From an uncultured Flavobacteriaceae bacterium (lineage in GTDB: Bacteria > Bacteroidota > Bacteroidia > NS11-12g > UBA955), in contig CAYVDH010000001.1 in the NCBI GenBank assembly GCA_964450355.1, positions 2,767-66,766 of the forward strand: a DNA stretch of 64,000 nt. The letters are read 5' to 3'. Positions 1-9,260 of the stretch are shown piece by piece. Position numbers and translations under genes: made by a program. The notes under the pieces are model-generated. The model was not told the origin of the DNA. It saw only the letters and a program-made list of their open reading frames with translations, and did no database searches. The first letter of the stretch is position 1. Every line of letters starts with the position of its first letter.

Positions 1-46
1 GCATTGATGTTACTTGGAGTTATGAACTTAATATTTGTATAATCAA

Positions 47-625
47 ATGATAAAACCATTTTTCAAGCAAAAAATATTACTCGCTTCTCAAAGCCCAAGA
101 AGACAGTTTTTACTTAAGGAAAGTGGCTTTGATATAGAACCCATAAAAATTGATGTTGAAGAAAATTTTGACACTAAATTAATGGCTCAAGAAATCCCAT
201 TATTTCTAGCTAAAAAGAAAGCCAATGCTTATACAAAAGAAATTGAAAACAATCAATTATTGGTTACTGCCGATACTATAGTATGGCTAAACAACAAAGT
301 TCTAAACAAACCACTAGACATGCATGAAGCCAAAGCCATGTTACAAGAATTGTCCAACAATTCTCATTCCGTATATACCGCTGTCAATGTAAAATCAAAT
401 AATAAAGAAATTAGTTTTTATGATGAGTCTAAAGTGTATTTTAATGAATTAAACGAACAAATAATAAATCATTATCTAGAACACTATTCACCATTAGACA
501 AGGCAGGCGCATACGGAATTCAAGAATTCATAGGCTTTGTTGGCATAAAAAGAATAGAGGGTTGTTATTACAACGTCATGGGTTTCCCTGTGTCTAAATT
601 CATTGAAGAAATCAATAAGCTTTAG
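47..625 (+). CDS. maf: Maf-like nucleoside triphosphate pyrophosphatase (septum formation protein Maf family)
   Basis: ORF 35..625. The first ATG at 47 gives [23 protein letters not shown], which carries the Maf N-terminal LASxSPRR motif. Length of about 190 aa is typical. Confidence 0.85.
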   Translation: MIKPFFKQKILLASQSPRRQFLLKESGFDIEPIKIDVEENFDTKLMAQEIPLFLAKKKANAYTKEIENNQLLVTADTIVWLNNKVLNKPLDMHEAKAMLQELSNNSHSVYTAVNVKSNNKEISFYDESKVYFNELNEQIINHYLEHYSPLDKAGAYGIQEFIGFVGIKRIEGCYYNVMGFPVSKFIEEINKL

Positions 626-2090
626 CAAACAGTACCCTTTGAGAGGAAGAACTTCCTGTCAAAACACATTTCCCTTCTTCTTGTTTATTGTTTAAAGGAA
701 TGCATCTGATGGTTGCTTTTGTTAATTCTTTTATTTTCTCTTCAGTTTCGCCAGTGCCATCCCAATGTGCCGACACAAAACCTGCTTTATTTTCTATCAC
801 TTGAACAAATTCATCCCAAGTGTTTACTTCTGTAATGTTTGAATTTCTAAAATCTAAAGCTTTTTGATACATTGTGTTTTGAATTTCAATCATCAATTTT
901 GGAACTGTTTCTAAAAGTTCATCATTGTTTACTATGGATTTGGTTTTAGTATCTCTTCTAGCCAATTCTACTGTTTTATTTTCAACATCCCTAGGTCCAA
1001 TTCCAATCCTTAATGGCACACCTTTCAATTCCCATTCAGCAAATTTAAAGCCTGGCTTATGAGTATCTCTGTTGTCAAATTTTACAGAGAGGCCTATGCT
1101 AGTCAATCGTTTTTTAATGGATTCTGCTTCATCAAACACTTTTGCTTTTTCCTCATCTGTGCGAAAAATAGGCACTATTACCACTTGAATTGGAGCTAAA
1201 TTAGGAGGCAACACTAATCCTTCATCATCGCTATGTGCCATTATCAATGCTCCCATTAATCGAGTTGAAACTCCCCAACTGGTAGCCCATACATACTCTA
1301 ATTTACCTTCTTTACTTTGAAATTTCACATCAAATGCTTTTGCAAAATTTTGTCCTAAAAAATGAGAGGTACCCATTTGAAGAGCTTTTCCATCTTGCAT
1401 CAACCCTTCAATGCAATAAGTGTCATCTGCACCTGCAAATCTTTCATTTTCTGTTTTCACACCTTTTATCACAGGAACAGCCATGTATTTTTCAGCAAAC
1501 TCATTATAAACTTCTAGCATTTGCACAGTTTCAGCAACAGCTTCTTCTTTGGTAGCATGGGCAGTATGCCCTTCTTGCCACAAGAATTCAGCAGTGCGCA
1601 AGAACAATCTGGTTCTCATTTCCCATCTCACAACATTCGCCCATTGATTGATTAGTATAGGTAAATCTCGGTATGATTCAATCCACCCTTTATACGTGTT
1701 CCAAATAATGGCTTCGCTGGTGGGCCTTACCACTAGTTCTTCTGTCAATTTAGCTTCAGGATCTACAATCAATTTACCTTTGTTGTTTGGATCAGTTTTC
1801 AACCTGTAATGAGTCACTACTGCACATTCTTTTGCAAAGCCTTCTGCATTTTTTTCTTCTGCTTCAAATAAACTTTTAGGAATAAATATTGGAAAATAAG
1901 CATTAGAATGACCTGTTTCTTTGAACATTTTGTCTAATTGTTGCTGCATTTTTTCCCAAATTGCATACCCATAAGGTTTTATAACCATGCAACCTTTTAC
2001 GGCTGAATGTTCAGCCAAATCAGCATTTTTCACTAACTGATTGTACCATTCACTGTAATTTTCACTTCTTTTTATTTTGTCGAAAGCCAT
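612..2090 (-). CDS. proS: Prolyl-tRNA synthetase, class II, archaeal/eukaryote-like type common in Bacteroidota
   Basis: 492-aa ORF with N-terminus [46 protein letters not shown], characteristic of the short ProRS form, and a C-terminal ...RVLFAKAY. Confidence 0.95.
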   Translation of the reverse strand: MAFDKIKRSENYSEWYNQLVKNADLAEHSAVKGCMVIKPYGYAIWEKMQQQLDKMFKETGHSNAYFPIFIPKSLFEAEEKNAEGFAKECAVVTHYRLKTDPNNKGKLIVDPEAKLTEELVVRPTSEAIIWNTYKGWIESYRDLPILINQWANVVRWEMRTRLFLRTAEFLWQEGHTAHATKEEAVAETVQMLEVYNEFAEKYMAVPVIKGVKTENERFAGADDTYCIEGLMQDGKALQMGTSHFLGQNFAKAFDVKFQSKEGKLEYVWATSWGVSTRLMGALIMAHSDDEGLVLPPNLAPIQVVIVPIFRTDEEKAKVFDEAESIKKRLTSIGLSVKFDNRDTHKPGFKFAEWELKGVPLRIGIGPRDVENKTVELARRDTKTKSIVNNDELLETVPKLMIEIQNTMYQKALDFRNSNITEVNTWDEFVQVIENKAGFVSAHWDGTGETEEKIKELTKATIRCIPLNNKQEEGKCVLTGSSSSQRVLFAKAY

Positions 2091-2113
2091 TTTTAAATTT
2101 GGAATAAATTTTG

Positions 2114-2121
2114 TATCTTTG
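2114..2121 (+). promoter_or_regulatory. Candidate Bacteroidota -7 promoter element TATCTTTG
   Basis: Matches TAnnTTTG, 49 nt upstream of the ATG at 2171. A second match, TAAATTTG, lies at 2094..2101. Confidence 0.4.
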
Positions 2122-2127
2122 AAAGTG

Positions 2128-2135
2128 CAAAGGTA
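2128..2135 (-). promoter_or_regulatory. Candidate -7 promoter element TACCTTTG for proS
   Basis: The reverse complement of caaaggta matches TAnnTTTG, 37 nt upstream of the proS ATG (2090). Confidence 0.5.
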
Positions 2136-2170
2136 TTTAATCCTTTCACCATAAAAAAATCAAAATCTAT

Positions 2171-3094
2171 ATGAGAAATTCAATCTTTTTATCTTTATTC
2201 TCAATTTTGGTATTTAGTTCTTGTTCAGTAACAAGACAAAAATCTACCATTCAAGGAAGAAATGACGAAGTTTACTTCACTCCTTCTGACACAAGAATTT
2301 ATGCGACCAAAAGCGAAGTTAGATCTTCACAATCTTCTCTACAGAACAACTCCAATACTCAGAGCAATGCTGGCAACTACACCTCTAGTTATTCCAACAG
2401 GCTAAGACATTTTGGTACTCGCTCAAGATTTAATTATAACAATTACCAACCTACACTTGTCCCAACTATGAGTTACAATCCATACACAGGATGGAATTGG
2501 GGCATGAGTTACATGGATCCTAGATTTGGATTTAACTCTGGATTTCACAGCCCTTTTTCAAGGTATTATGGATATCAAATGCCTTATTACGATCCATTTT
2601 TCGCAAACTCTTATTATAATTACAACTCTTTCTACCCTTTTTATACTTACAATCCATACATGTACATGTGCCCTCCACACTATTGGCCAAATTATTATTT
2701 TGGCTATGGTTACGGATATGGGTATGGGTATGGATATAATTATTATGGAAGCAATTATTACAACACCAACAGATATTCGAGCAGCAGACCTACTTTAAAC
2801 AACCAAAGAAGAACAGGCGGAAATAACAACATCCCTGCTTCTAACTCCAACACCAACCAACCTCAAAACAATAGCACCAATTCCAACAATAACAACAATG
2901 GAACTGGATGGTGGAACTCAAGTTCAGGCAGTTCAAATTCAGGCAGTGGAAGTAGCTCTTCTAACAATGGTAGCGGATCTTCTGGTGGATGGTGGAATTC
3001 TGGAAGCGGTTCTACCTCTCCTTCATCTGGTAGTTCCAGCAGCGGTAGTTCTAGTAGTGGAAGCTCCAGCAGTGGAAGCACAAGAAGAAGATAA
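2171..3094 (+). CDS. Lipoprotein with extreme Tyr/Gly/Asn/Ser low-complexity (prion-like) composition
   Basis: Signal peptide plus lipobox (MRNSIFLSLFSILVFSSC), then an aromatic-rich stretch (...YYGYQMPYYDPFFANSYYNYNSFYPFYTYNPYMY...GYGYGYGYGYGYNYYGSNYY) and a Ser/Gly/Asn tail with two GWWNS motifs. It ends in (SSSSG)n-STRRR. The overlapping ORFs on other frames and strands are repeat artefacts. Confidence 0.6.
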   Translation: MRNSIFLSLFSILVFSSCSVTRQKSTIQGRNDEVYFTPSDTRIYATKSEVRSSQSSLQNNSNTQSNAGNYTSSYSNRLRHFGTRSRFNYNNYQPTLVPTMSYNPYTGWNWGMSYMDPRFGFNSGFHSPFSRYYGYQMPYYDPFFANSYYNYNSFYPFYTYNPYMYMCPPHYWPNYYFGYGYGYGYGYGYNYYGSNYYNTNRYSSSRPTLNNQRRTGGNNNIPASNSNTNQPQNNSTNSNNNNNGTGWWNSSSGSSNSGSGSSSSNNGSGSSGGWWNSGSGSTSPSSGSSSSGSSSSGSSSSGSTRRR

Positions 3095-3118
3095 CTAAAT
3101 AATACATTTATTAACCTT

Positions 3119-4642
3119 ATGTTTAAAAACAAAATTTATACCCTTGTGATGGCAATTGCTTTGCCTTTTCAATTGTTTTCCCAATTCGAATCTGATGCCA
3201 TCAGGTTGTCTATGCAAACCCTAGGTTCTTCCGCTCGAAGCTATGGGATAGGTGGTGCATTTGGAGCAGTAGGTGCCGACCCCAGTTCTGCTGCCATTAA
3301 TCCTGCTGGATTAGCAAGATACCGAACAAGTAAATTGTTTTTAAGTACTGCTTTTTACAATGCTAAAACCAAAACGACATTCGGAAACAACGAATTTTCA
3401 AATTCAAAATTCAATTTCAATATCCCAAATTTTGGATTTGTAGCCAACATTAGAGCCGAAGGTTACGAAGAAAAAAAACCTGAAGGGATGGTCAATTTTG
3501 TTTTTGGGTTCAACATGAACAGAATTGCAAATTTCCATAAAAGCACCACTTTTGAAGGGAATAATAAAATCAGCAGCATCACTCAAAACTGGGCTCAAAG
3601 AGCAACCGAAGATGGAGTGATAGCGCCTGAATTCTCAAAATATTCTATCCATCATTTAGCTTTTGAAACTTGGGCTATAGATGCAGATACCAACTCTAGC
3701 ACCCCCGCATATAAATCAGCTTATGGAACTAATGCCATTGATGTAAACCAATCTGGAACAGTGTTAAGTTCTGGCAGCATCAACGATTATAACATCAGCT
3801 TAGCTGGAAATTACAAGCACGTTTTTCATGGTGGAATTTCAATTGGATTAAGAAGAGCTAGATACAAAGAAGAATTTTCTTTTACAGAAAGAGACAATAA
3901 AAACACCACCATAAAAGACATAGAAAGTGTAAACTTTGAATCAAATTTATTGACAAGAGGCAATGGATTTAATGCAAAAATTGGCTTTATTGCAACACCT
4001 ACCGAATTCATACGAATAGGATATGCATACCACTCTCCTACTTTATTTAATTTAACAGATTCCTATTTTTATTCCATTACATCAAAATATGATTTTGGCG
4101 CTAAAAACCCTTTTGGATTAAACAGGCAAAACACCTTTTTAAGAACACAACCGGCAACATATAAATACACCATTACAACACCTTCTCGCAATGTATTTAG
4201 TTTAGCCCTAGTAAACAAAGAAATTGGCTTTATTTCCCTAGATGCTGAAACAGTAAATTACTCTAGTGCAAGAATGAAAGCATCAGACTATGCATTCAAA
4301 GATGAAAATTTAAGTTTATCACGCAACTATAAAAATGTGGTGAATCTTAGAATTGGAGCTGAGCTAATACAAGATGAATTCAGATTCAGAGCAGGTTATG
4401 CCCGTTATCCTAGTCCATACAAAGATGGCTATGTCCCTTTTGTTAAAGATTTGGTTAACAACATTTACACCTTAGGGTTTGGCATTAAAACAGATGATTA
4501 TGCCATAGACCTGGCTTTTGTAAACAGTGGATTTGCAGATTATACAGTACCTTATCAATTATCAAATGGCCAGTATTACACTGCAACAAACAATGTTAGA
4601 GCAAATAATTTCATTATTTCTGCTAGCATTAACATTGATTGA
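3119..4642 (+). CDS. Outer-membrane beta-barrel protein, FadL/TodX/PorV-superfamily-like
   Basis: Signal peptide, then ARSYGIGGAFGAVGADPSSAAINPAGLA, the N-terminal motif shared by FadL/PorV-type barrels. The rest of the 507 aa shows an alternating aromatic/polar pattern. It starts 24 nt after the preceding lipoprotein gene. Confidence 0.6.
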   Translation: MFKNKIYTLVMAIALPFQLFSQFESDAIRLSMQTLGSSARSYGIGGAFGAVGADPSSAAINPAGLARYRTSKLFLSTAFYNAKTKTTFGNNEFSNSKFNFNIPNFGFVANIRAEGYEEKKPEGMVNFVFGFNMNRIANFHKSTTFEGNNKISSITQNWAQRATEDGVIAPEFSKYSIHHLAFETWAIDADTNSSTPAYKSAYGTNAIDVNQSGTVLSSGSINDYNISLAGNYKHVFHGGISIGLRRARYKEEFSFTERDNKNTTIKDIESVNFESNLLTRGNGFNAKIGFIATPTEFIRIGYAYHSPTLFNLTDSYFYSITSKYDFGAKNPFGLNRQNTFLRTQPATYKYTITTPSRNVFSLALVNKEIGFISLDAETVNYSSARMKASDYAFKDENLSLSRNYKNVVNLRIGAELIQDEFRFRAGYARYPSPYKDGYVPFVKDLVNNIYTLGFGIKTDDYAIDLAFVNSGFADYTVPYQLSNGQYYTATNNVRANNFIISASINID

Positions 4643-4649
4643 TTAGTAG

Positions 4650-4801
4650 AATTTTTGGATTTATGAATTTATGGATTTATATTCTCAAATTATATGAAAG
4701 ATTCTAATAACCAATAACAAATAACTATTTAACTATTTTATAATTTTTGAATTTATAAATTTTTGGATTTATTCTCAAATTATATGATAGTTACTAATAA
4801 C
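4650..4801. repeat. Imperfect direct repeat of a ~60-bp unit (copy 1 at 4650..4711, copy 2 at 4742..4801)
   Basis: Copy 1 is aatttttggatttatgaatttatggatttatattctcaaattatatgaaagattctaataac. Copy 2 is aatttttgaatttataaatttttggatttattctcaaattatatgatagttactaataac. Each copy runs into heptamer units, 4 after copy 1 and 27 after copy 2. Confidence 0.85.
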
Positions 4802-4986
4802 AAATAACAATTCAACAATTAACTATTAACAATTAACCATTAACAAATAACTATTAACCATTAACAAATAACTATTTAACAATTCAACAATTAACTATTA
4901 ACTATTAACAATTAACCATTAACAATTAACCATTAACAAATAACAATTAACCATTAACCATTAACCAATAACAATTAACGAATAAC
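4795..4986. repeat. Heptanucleotide tandem array, 27 units, consensus NAWTAAC (three 8-nt variants)
   Basis: Read unit by unit: taataac aaataac aattcaac aattaac tattaac aattaac cattaac aaataac ... caataac aattaac gaataac. There is a higher-order ~72-bp duplication (4809..4880 vs 4881..4944). The array is non-coding and lies between convergent genes, ending 3 nt before the stop codon of the MarC-family gene (4990..4992). Confidence 0.9.
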
Positions 4987-4989
4987 TAA

Positions 4990-5556
4990 CTAAGCCAGCA
5001 AGTTGTTTTTAAATATTTTCACAGCAATTGCTATTAATATCACGCCAAAAAATTTACGAATCACTAACAAACCTCCTTCACCTAACAATTTTTCTAATTG
5101 TTTTGAAGATTTTAACACGATATACACCACGATTAAATTGATAACAATTCCGACATATATATTTATTGCTTGGTAGTTCGCTTTTAAAGACATGATGGTA
5201 GTTAAAGTCCCACTTCCTGCTATGATTGGAAAAGCAATGGGAACTATGCTTCCAGTTTTGGCATTTGGGTCTGTTTTAAAAAAATCGCGACCTAATACCA
5301 TTTCTAACCCAATGATAAATATAACTACTGAACCTGCTAATGCAAAAGAATGAATATCTATTCCCAAAATAGACAACAACTTTTCTCCAAATAAAAAAAA
5401 TGCCGTCATCAACAACCCTGAAACCAATGTGGCCTTTTCGCTTTGAATATGACCAATCTTATTTCTAAGTGAGATAATCACAGGAATTGAACCAATAATA
5501 TCGATTACAGCAAACAAGGTAAAAGTAATAGTTAATGCTTCATTAAAATCAAACAT
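4990..5556 (-). CDS. MarC family (UPF0056) integral membrane protein
   Basis: 188-aa multi-TM ORF. The N-terminus ...TFTLFAVIDIIGSIPVIISL is typical of the MarC family. Confidence 0.8.
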   Translation of the reverse strand: MFDFNEALTITFTLFAVIDIIGSIPVIISLRNKIGHIQSEKATLVSGLLMTAFFLFGEKLLSILGIDIHSFALAGSVVIFIIGLEMVLGRDFFKTDPNAKTGSIVPIAFPIIAGSGTLTTIMSLKANYQAINIYVGIVINLIVVYIVLKSSKQLEKLLGEGGLLVIRKFFGVILIAIAVKIFKNNLLA

Positions 5557-5560
5557 GGTG

Positions 5561-5568
5561 CAAAGGTA
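5561..5568 (-). promoter_or_regulatory. Candidate -7 element TACCTTTG only 4 nt from the MarC-family start codon (leaderless-type arrangement)
   Basis: caaaggta at 5561..5568; ATG complement at 5554..5556. Confidence 0.45.
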
Positions 5569-5793
5569 ACTTAAAAAACCTAGAACCGTGTTTAAACAAT
5601 TCCTTTTTCAAACGTTTACTAATTGATATCTTATCAATTCATTGAATGAATCTAGTCAGGCATTATCAAAAAACTACTTAACTAAAATAACAATACCTAT
5701 TTCCATATTTATCCACAATTTTACAACCATATAACCATCCCTTAATGGGGAAAAAATAGAACAATTTGACAAATTTCATAAATTAGTTAACTG

Positions 5794-5801
5794 TATTTTT
5801 G
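5794..5801 (+). promoter_or_regulatory. Candidate -7 element TATTTTTG
   Basis: Matches TAnnTTTG, 22 nt upstream of the ATG at 5824. Confidence 0.45.
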
Positions 5802-5823
5802 AACTTTCAATTTTTTAAATTCA

Positions 5824-6507
5824 ATGGAAATAAAATATTACGGTCATTCCTGTTTCACTATTCAAGTTTCTGGATGCACTTTGCTTTTCGACCCGTTTAT
5901 TACTCCAAATGAATTAGCTAAAGAAGTGAACATCGATGACATTAAACCAAACTACATTTTGATTAGTCATGCTCACCAAGACCATGTTTATGATGCATTA
6001 GAACTTGCAAGCAAAAATCAATCTACCATCATAGGAATTTGGGAAATAAGCGAATGGGCAATTAAAAATGGCCATTCAAAAACTCATCCCATGAACATTG
6101 GTGGAAGTTGGGAGTTTGAATTTGGCAAAGTACACATGGTCAATGCCGTTCATTCAAGCTCTTTTGCCGATGGAAGTTATGGCGGGAATCCCGTTGGATT
6201 TGTCATTCAATTCAACAACAACAAAACTGTGTATTACTCAGGCGATACAGCCTTGACATTAGACATGCAATTAATTCCACTAAAACACAATTTAGACATC
6301 GCATTATTGCCAATTGGCAACAATTTTACTATGGATGTAAAAGATGCCATGATTGCTTCTGACTTTATAAATTGTAATAAAATAATTGGAATGCATTACG
6401 ACACCTTTGGCTACATTAAAATTGACAAAGAAAAAGCACAAGAATTGTTCAAAGAAAAAAACAAAGAACTTATACTATTAAACATCAATCAATCGTTAGA
6501 AATATAA
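5824..6507 (+). CDS. UPF0173-type metal-dependent hydrolase (metallo-beta-lactamase fold)
   Basis: MEIKYYGHSCFTIQVSG...LLFDPF and HAHQDH motifs; 227 aa. Confidence 0.85.
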   Translation: MEIKYYGHSCFTIQVSGCTLLFDPFITPNELAKEVNIDDIKPNYILISHAHQDHVYDALELASKNQSTIIGIWEISEWAIKNGHSKTHPMNIGGSWEFEFGKVHMVNAVHSSSFADGSYGGNPVGFVIQFNNNKTVYYSGDTALTLDMQLIPLKHNLDIALLPIGNNFTMDVKDAMIASDFINCNKIIGMHYDTFGYIKIDKEKAQELFKEKNKELILLNINQSLEI

Positions 6508-6512
6508 CATAA

Positions 6513-7313
6513 ATGGGAAAAATAATCACAATTGCAAACCAAAAAGGTGGGGTAGGAAAAACAACAACTGCTATCAACTTAGCTGCAAGCTTAGCTGTAC
6601 TCGAGTACAAAACATTATTAGTAGATGCCGACCCTCAAGCCAATAGTTCTTCAGGAATTGGTTTTGATCCTCAAAACATCAAAATTGGTTTGTACGACTG
6701 CTTAGTTAATGAAGCTAGGCCCGAAGACATTGTTCTAAAAACAGATTTAGAATACTTGCATCTACTGCCTTCAAACATCAATCTAGTGGGCGCTGAATTA
6801 GAAATGATAGACCTTGCCAACAGAGAAAGAGTAATGAAAATAGCCTTTGAAAACATCAAAAAAAACTACGACTTTATCATCGTAGATTGTTCTCCTTCTT
6901 TAGGTTTAATAACTACCAACTCTTTATGCGCTGCAGATTCTGTCATCATCCCTGTTCAATGTGAATATTTTGCATTAGAAGGCTTAGGGAAATTATTGAA
7001 TACCATCCGTATTGTTCAAAAAGAATTGAATAAAAATTTATCCATTGAAGGCATTTTATTGACCATGTACGATTCTCGATTAAGATTGAGCAACCATGTT
7101 GTTGAAGATGTTAAAATGCATTTTCAAGACTTGGTATTTGACACAATCATTCCGAGAAACACCAAATTAAGCGAAGCCCCAAGTTATGGATTGCCTGTAA
7201 TCACACACGACATAAGCAGCAAAGGTTCTACTACTTATTTAAATCTTGCTCGTGAAATTTTACAAAGAAACGGATTAACCAAAATGGAATCAAAAGAAAA
7301 AGCAACTATATAA
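6513..7313 (+). CDS. parA: Chromosome partitioning ATPase ParA/Soj
   Basis: Deviant Walker A motif: MGKIITIANQKGGVGKTTTAINLAASLA. Full-length ParA-like sequence sitting directly upstream of parB. Confidence 0.95.
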   Translation: MGKIITIANQKGGVGKTTTAINLAASLAVLEYKTLLVDADPQANSSSGIGFDPQNIKIGLYDCLVNEARPEDIVLKTDLEYLHLLPSNINLVGAELEMIDLANRERVMKIAFENIKKNYDFIIVDCSPSLGLITTNSLCAADSVIIPVQCEYFALEGLGKLLNTIRIVQKELNKNLSIEGILLTMYDSRLRLSNHVVEDVKMHFQDLVFDTIIPRNTKLSEAPSYGLPVITHDISSKGSTTYLNLAREILQRNGLTKMESKEKATI

Positions 7314-7331
7314 ACACACTAAAAGAACAAA

Positions 7332-8246
7332 ATGACTACTATCAATAAAAACAAAAAGAATTCAGGATTAGGCAAAGGTTTAGCTGCATTATTGCAAAAC
7401 GCAGAAACCGATATTACAGTTTCACCAGAATACAGAGCCAGTGGAGGCATTCAATTTGTTGAAGTCAATCAAATTGAAGCCAATCCATTTCAACCAAGAA
7501 CAGAATTTGAACAGAAAGCCCTTCAAGAATTATCAGAATCAATAAAAATACATGGATTGATTCAACCAGTTACTGTTCGCAAAATGGGGTATGACAAATA
7601 CCAATTAATCAGTGGCGAAAGAAGAACCAGAGCTGCTATTTTAGCAGGACTTGAAAAAATCCCTGCTTACATCCGAATTGCAAACGACCAAGAAATGCTA
7701 GAAATGGCATTGATTGAAAACATTCAAAGAGAAAACCTGAACCCAATTGAGGTAGCATTGTCTTACAAAAGATTGATAGATGAGTGCCAATTGAAACAAG
7801 AAGAACTAGGAGACAGAGTGGGAAAAGATAGGAGCACTGTCAGCAACTATTTGAGATTATTACGCCTACCTGAGCCAATTCAATTAGCTATAAAAATCAA
7901 TAAAATTTCAATGGGACATGCTAAGGCAATTATGGGTGTAGATGATACTGAAGATCAACTTGCCTTATTCAAACGCATTGAGCTAAACAACTTAAGCGTA
8001 AGAGGAACCGAAGAAATAGTAAGGTCTGCAAAACAAAATTCTCAATCAGAAAAAGAAAATAAAAGCATTGAAAAACTATTTGAATTAGACGATGCATTGA
8101 AACTAAAAATGGAAAAATTAAATGCATTTCTTAAAACTCAAAGCATTGTGAAACCTAAAGGAAATAAAGGAGAAATTGTGATTCCATACAGCAACTATCA
8201 AGAATTGGAACGAATTTTGACCAAATTAACTTTGAATGAAGATTAG
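7332..8246 (+). CDS. parB: Chromosome partitioning protein ParB/Spo0J
   Basis: GLGKGLAALL, QPRTEF, the ParB box LISGERRTRAA, and an HTH segment (STVSNYLRLLRL). Confidence 0.95.
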   Translation: MTTINKNKKNSGLGKGLAALLQNAETDITVSPEYRASGGIQFVEVNQIEANPFQPRTEFEQKALQELSESIKIHGLIQPVTVRKMGYDKYQLISGERRTRAAILAGLEKIPAYIRIANDQEMLEMALIENIQRENLNPIEVALSYKRLIDECQLKQEELGDRVGKDRSTVSNYLRLLRLPEPIQLAIKINKISMGHAKAIMGVDDTEDQLALFKRIELNNLSVRGTEEIVRSAKQNSQSEKENKSIEKLFELDDALKLKMEKLNAFLKTQSIVKPKGNKGEIVIPYSNYQELERILTKLTLNED

Positions 8247-8820
8247 TTTTTTATTCTTAATCATTTCTATTTTTTTGAGCAACTCTATAAAGGCTCAATA
8301 CGCTAGCAAACATTTTAACAATTTTGCACTGAACCCTTCTATTACTGCTAACGATAGTAATAAAAAACACTCGCCACACAAAGCCTCATTGTATAGTGCT
8401 ATTTTGCCTGGATTAGGACAAGCTTACAATAAAAAATATTGGAAAGTCCCTATCGTATATGCTGGTCTTGGCAGTTTTGGTTATTTCATTTTAAAAAATA
8501 GAAAAGAAATGAAATTAAGACAACACGAACTCAATATCAGATTTGACAACGATACCAATACCAGACCACAATATCAATACAGAAACATTACCAGCGACCA
8601 ATTAAAAGCTGAACGAAATCTTTTCAGAACTAACAGGGATTACAGCATCGTTGGATTTGCCTTATTTTATGTCATCAACATCATAGATGCCACTGTAGAT
8701 GCCCACTTTTACAAATTCAATATTGACAAACCACTTGCTGCTCAAAAACAAAAAAACTGGAACATTTATTCATCGCGATTCAACGGAAGAAACACTTACG
8801 GATTAAGCTTTAATTTTTAA
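8236..8820 (+). CDS. DUF5683-like membrane protein (conserved parB neighbour in Bacteroidota)
   Basis: SAILPGLGQAYNKKYWKVPIVYAGLG motif. It overlaps the end of parB by 11 nt. Confidence 0.7.
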   Translation: MKISFLFLIISIFLSNSIKAQYASKHFNNFALNPSITANDSNKKHSPHKASLYSAILPGLGQAYNKKYWKVPIVYAGLGSFGYFILKNRKEMKLRQHELNIRFDNDTNTRPQYQYRNITSDQLKAERNLFRTNRDYSIVGFALFYVINIIDATVDAHFYKFNIDKPLAAQKQKNWNIYSSRFNGRNTYGLSFNF

Positions 8821-8827
8821 AAAAATC

Positions 8828-9256
8828 ATGAACAAAATAAACAACACCATATTAAGTCTTGCCTCTGCAATTCTATTTTTTTCTTTTACATCATTCAATA
8901 AACACGAGGTAAAATATGAAATCAATAACCCTACTGACAAAAAAATCTATGGGCTAGGTGACACCATTTTTATCAAAGGAAAAGTGAGCGCTAACGACCA
9001 TTTGCACAATGTGAATATAAAAATCACAAGAGATGATAACCAAACAGAATTGTTTTACAAAAACATACATACTCATAGCAATTCCGAAAACATCAATTTA
9101 TACTATGTTAATTATTTAAGAGAAAATGTTGGATTAACGGTAAAAATTAGCACTTCAGGTCACGATGGAATAGAAAACTCCTCTAAATCCATCCAAGTAA
9201 GCACTAAATACAAAGCCAAAAACACCAAAACAAAAACGAAAAAAAAGTCTAAATAA
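8828..9256 (+). CDS. Hypothetical secreted protein with lysine-rich tail
   Basis: 142-aa ORF with N-terminal hydrophobic signal and C-terminus KAKNTKTKTKKKSK. I recognised no family. Confidence 0.4.
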   Translation: MNKINNTILSLASAILFFSFTSFNKHEVKYEINNPTDKKIYGLGDTIFIKGKVSANDHLHNVNIKITRDDNQTELFYKNIHTHSNSENINLYYVNYLRENVGLTVKISTSGHDGIENSSKSIQVSTKYKAKNTKTKTKKKSK

Positions 9257-9260
9257 CCTT

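Noticed and set aside
4650-4992. Possible CRISPR array in the repeat-filled intergenic region
   Set aside because: The repeat unit is only 7 nt and has no unique spacers between copies. The 60-bp unit occurs only twice, and no cas genes are in the window. The structure is a micro- or minisatellite, not a CRISPR array.
5709-5717. Perfect DnaA box TTATCCACA in the MarC-family/UPF0173 intergenic region near parAB, a possible oriC
   Set aside because: It is a single box with no cluster of further boxes and no adjacent AT-rich unwinding repeats that I could recognise. One consensus 9-mer is roughly what chance would give in 64 kb of AT-rich DNA on both strands.
5851-5858. parS-like half site TGTTTCAC near parAB
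   Set aside because: Only the half site is present. The palindromic partner GTGAAACA is absent here and at the similar site in parB (about 7417). No full 16-bp parS was seen.
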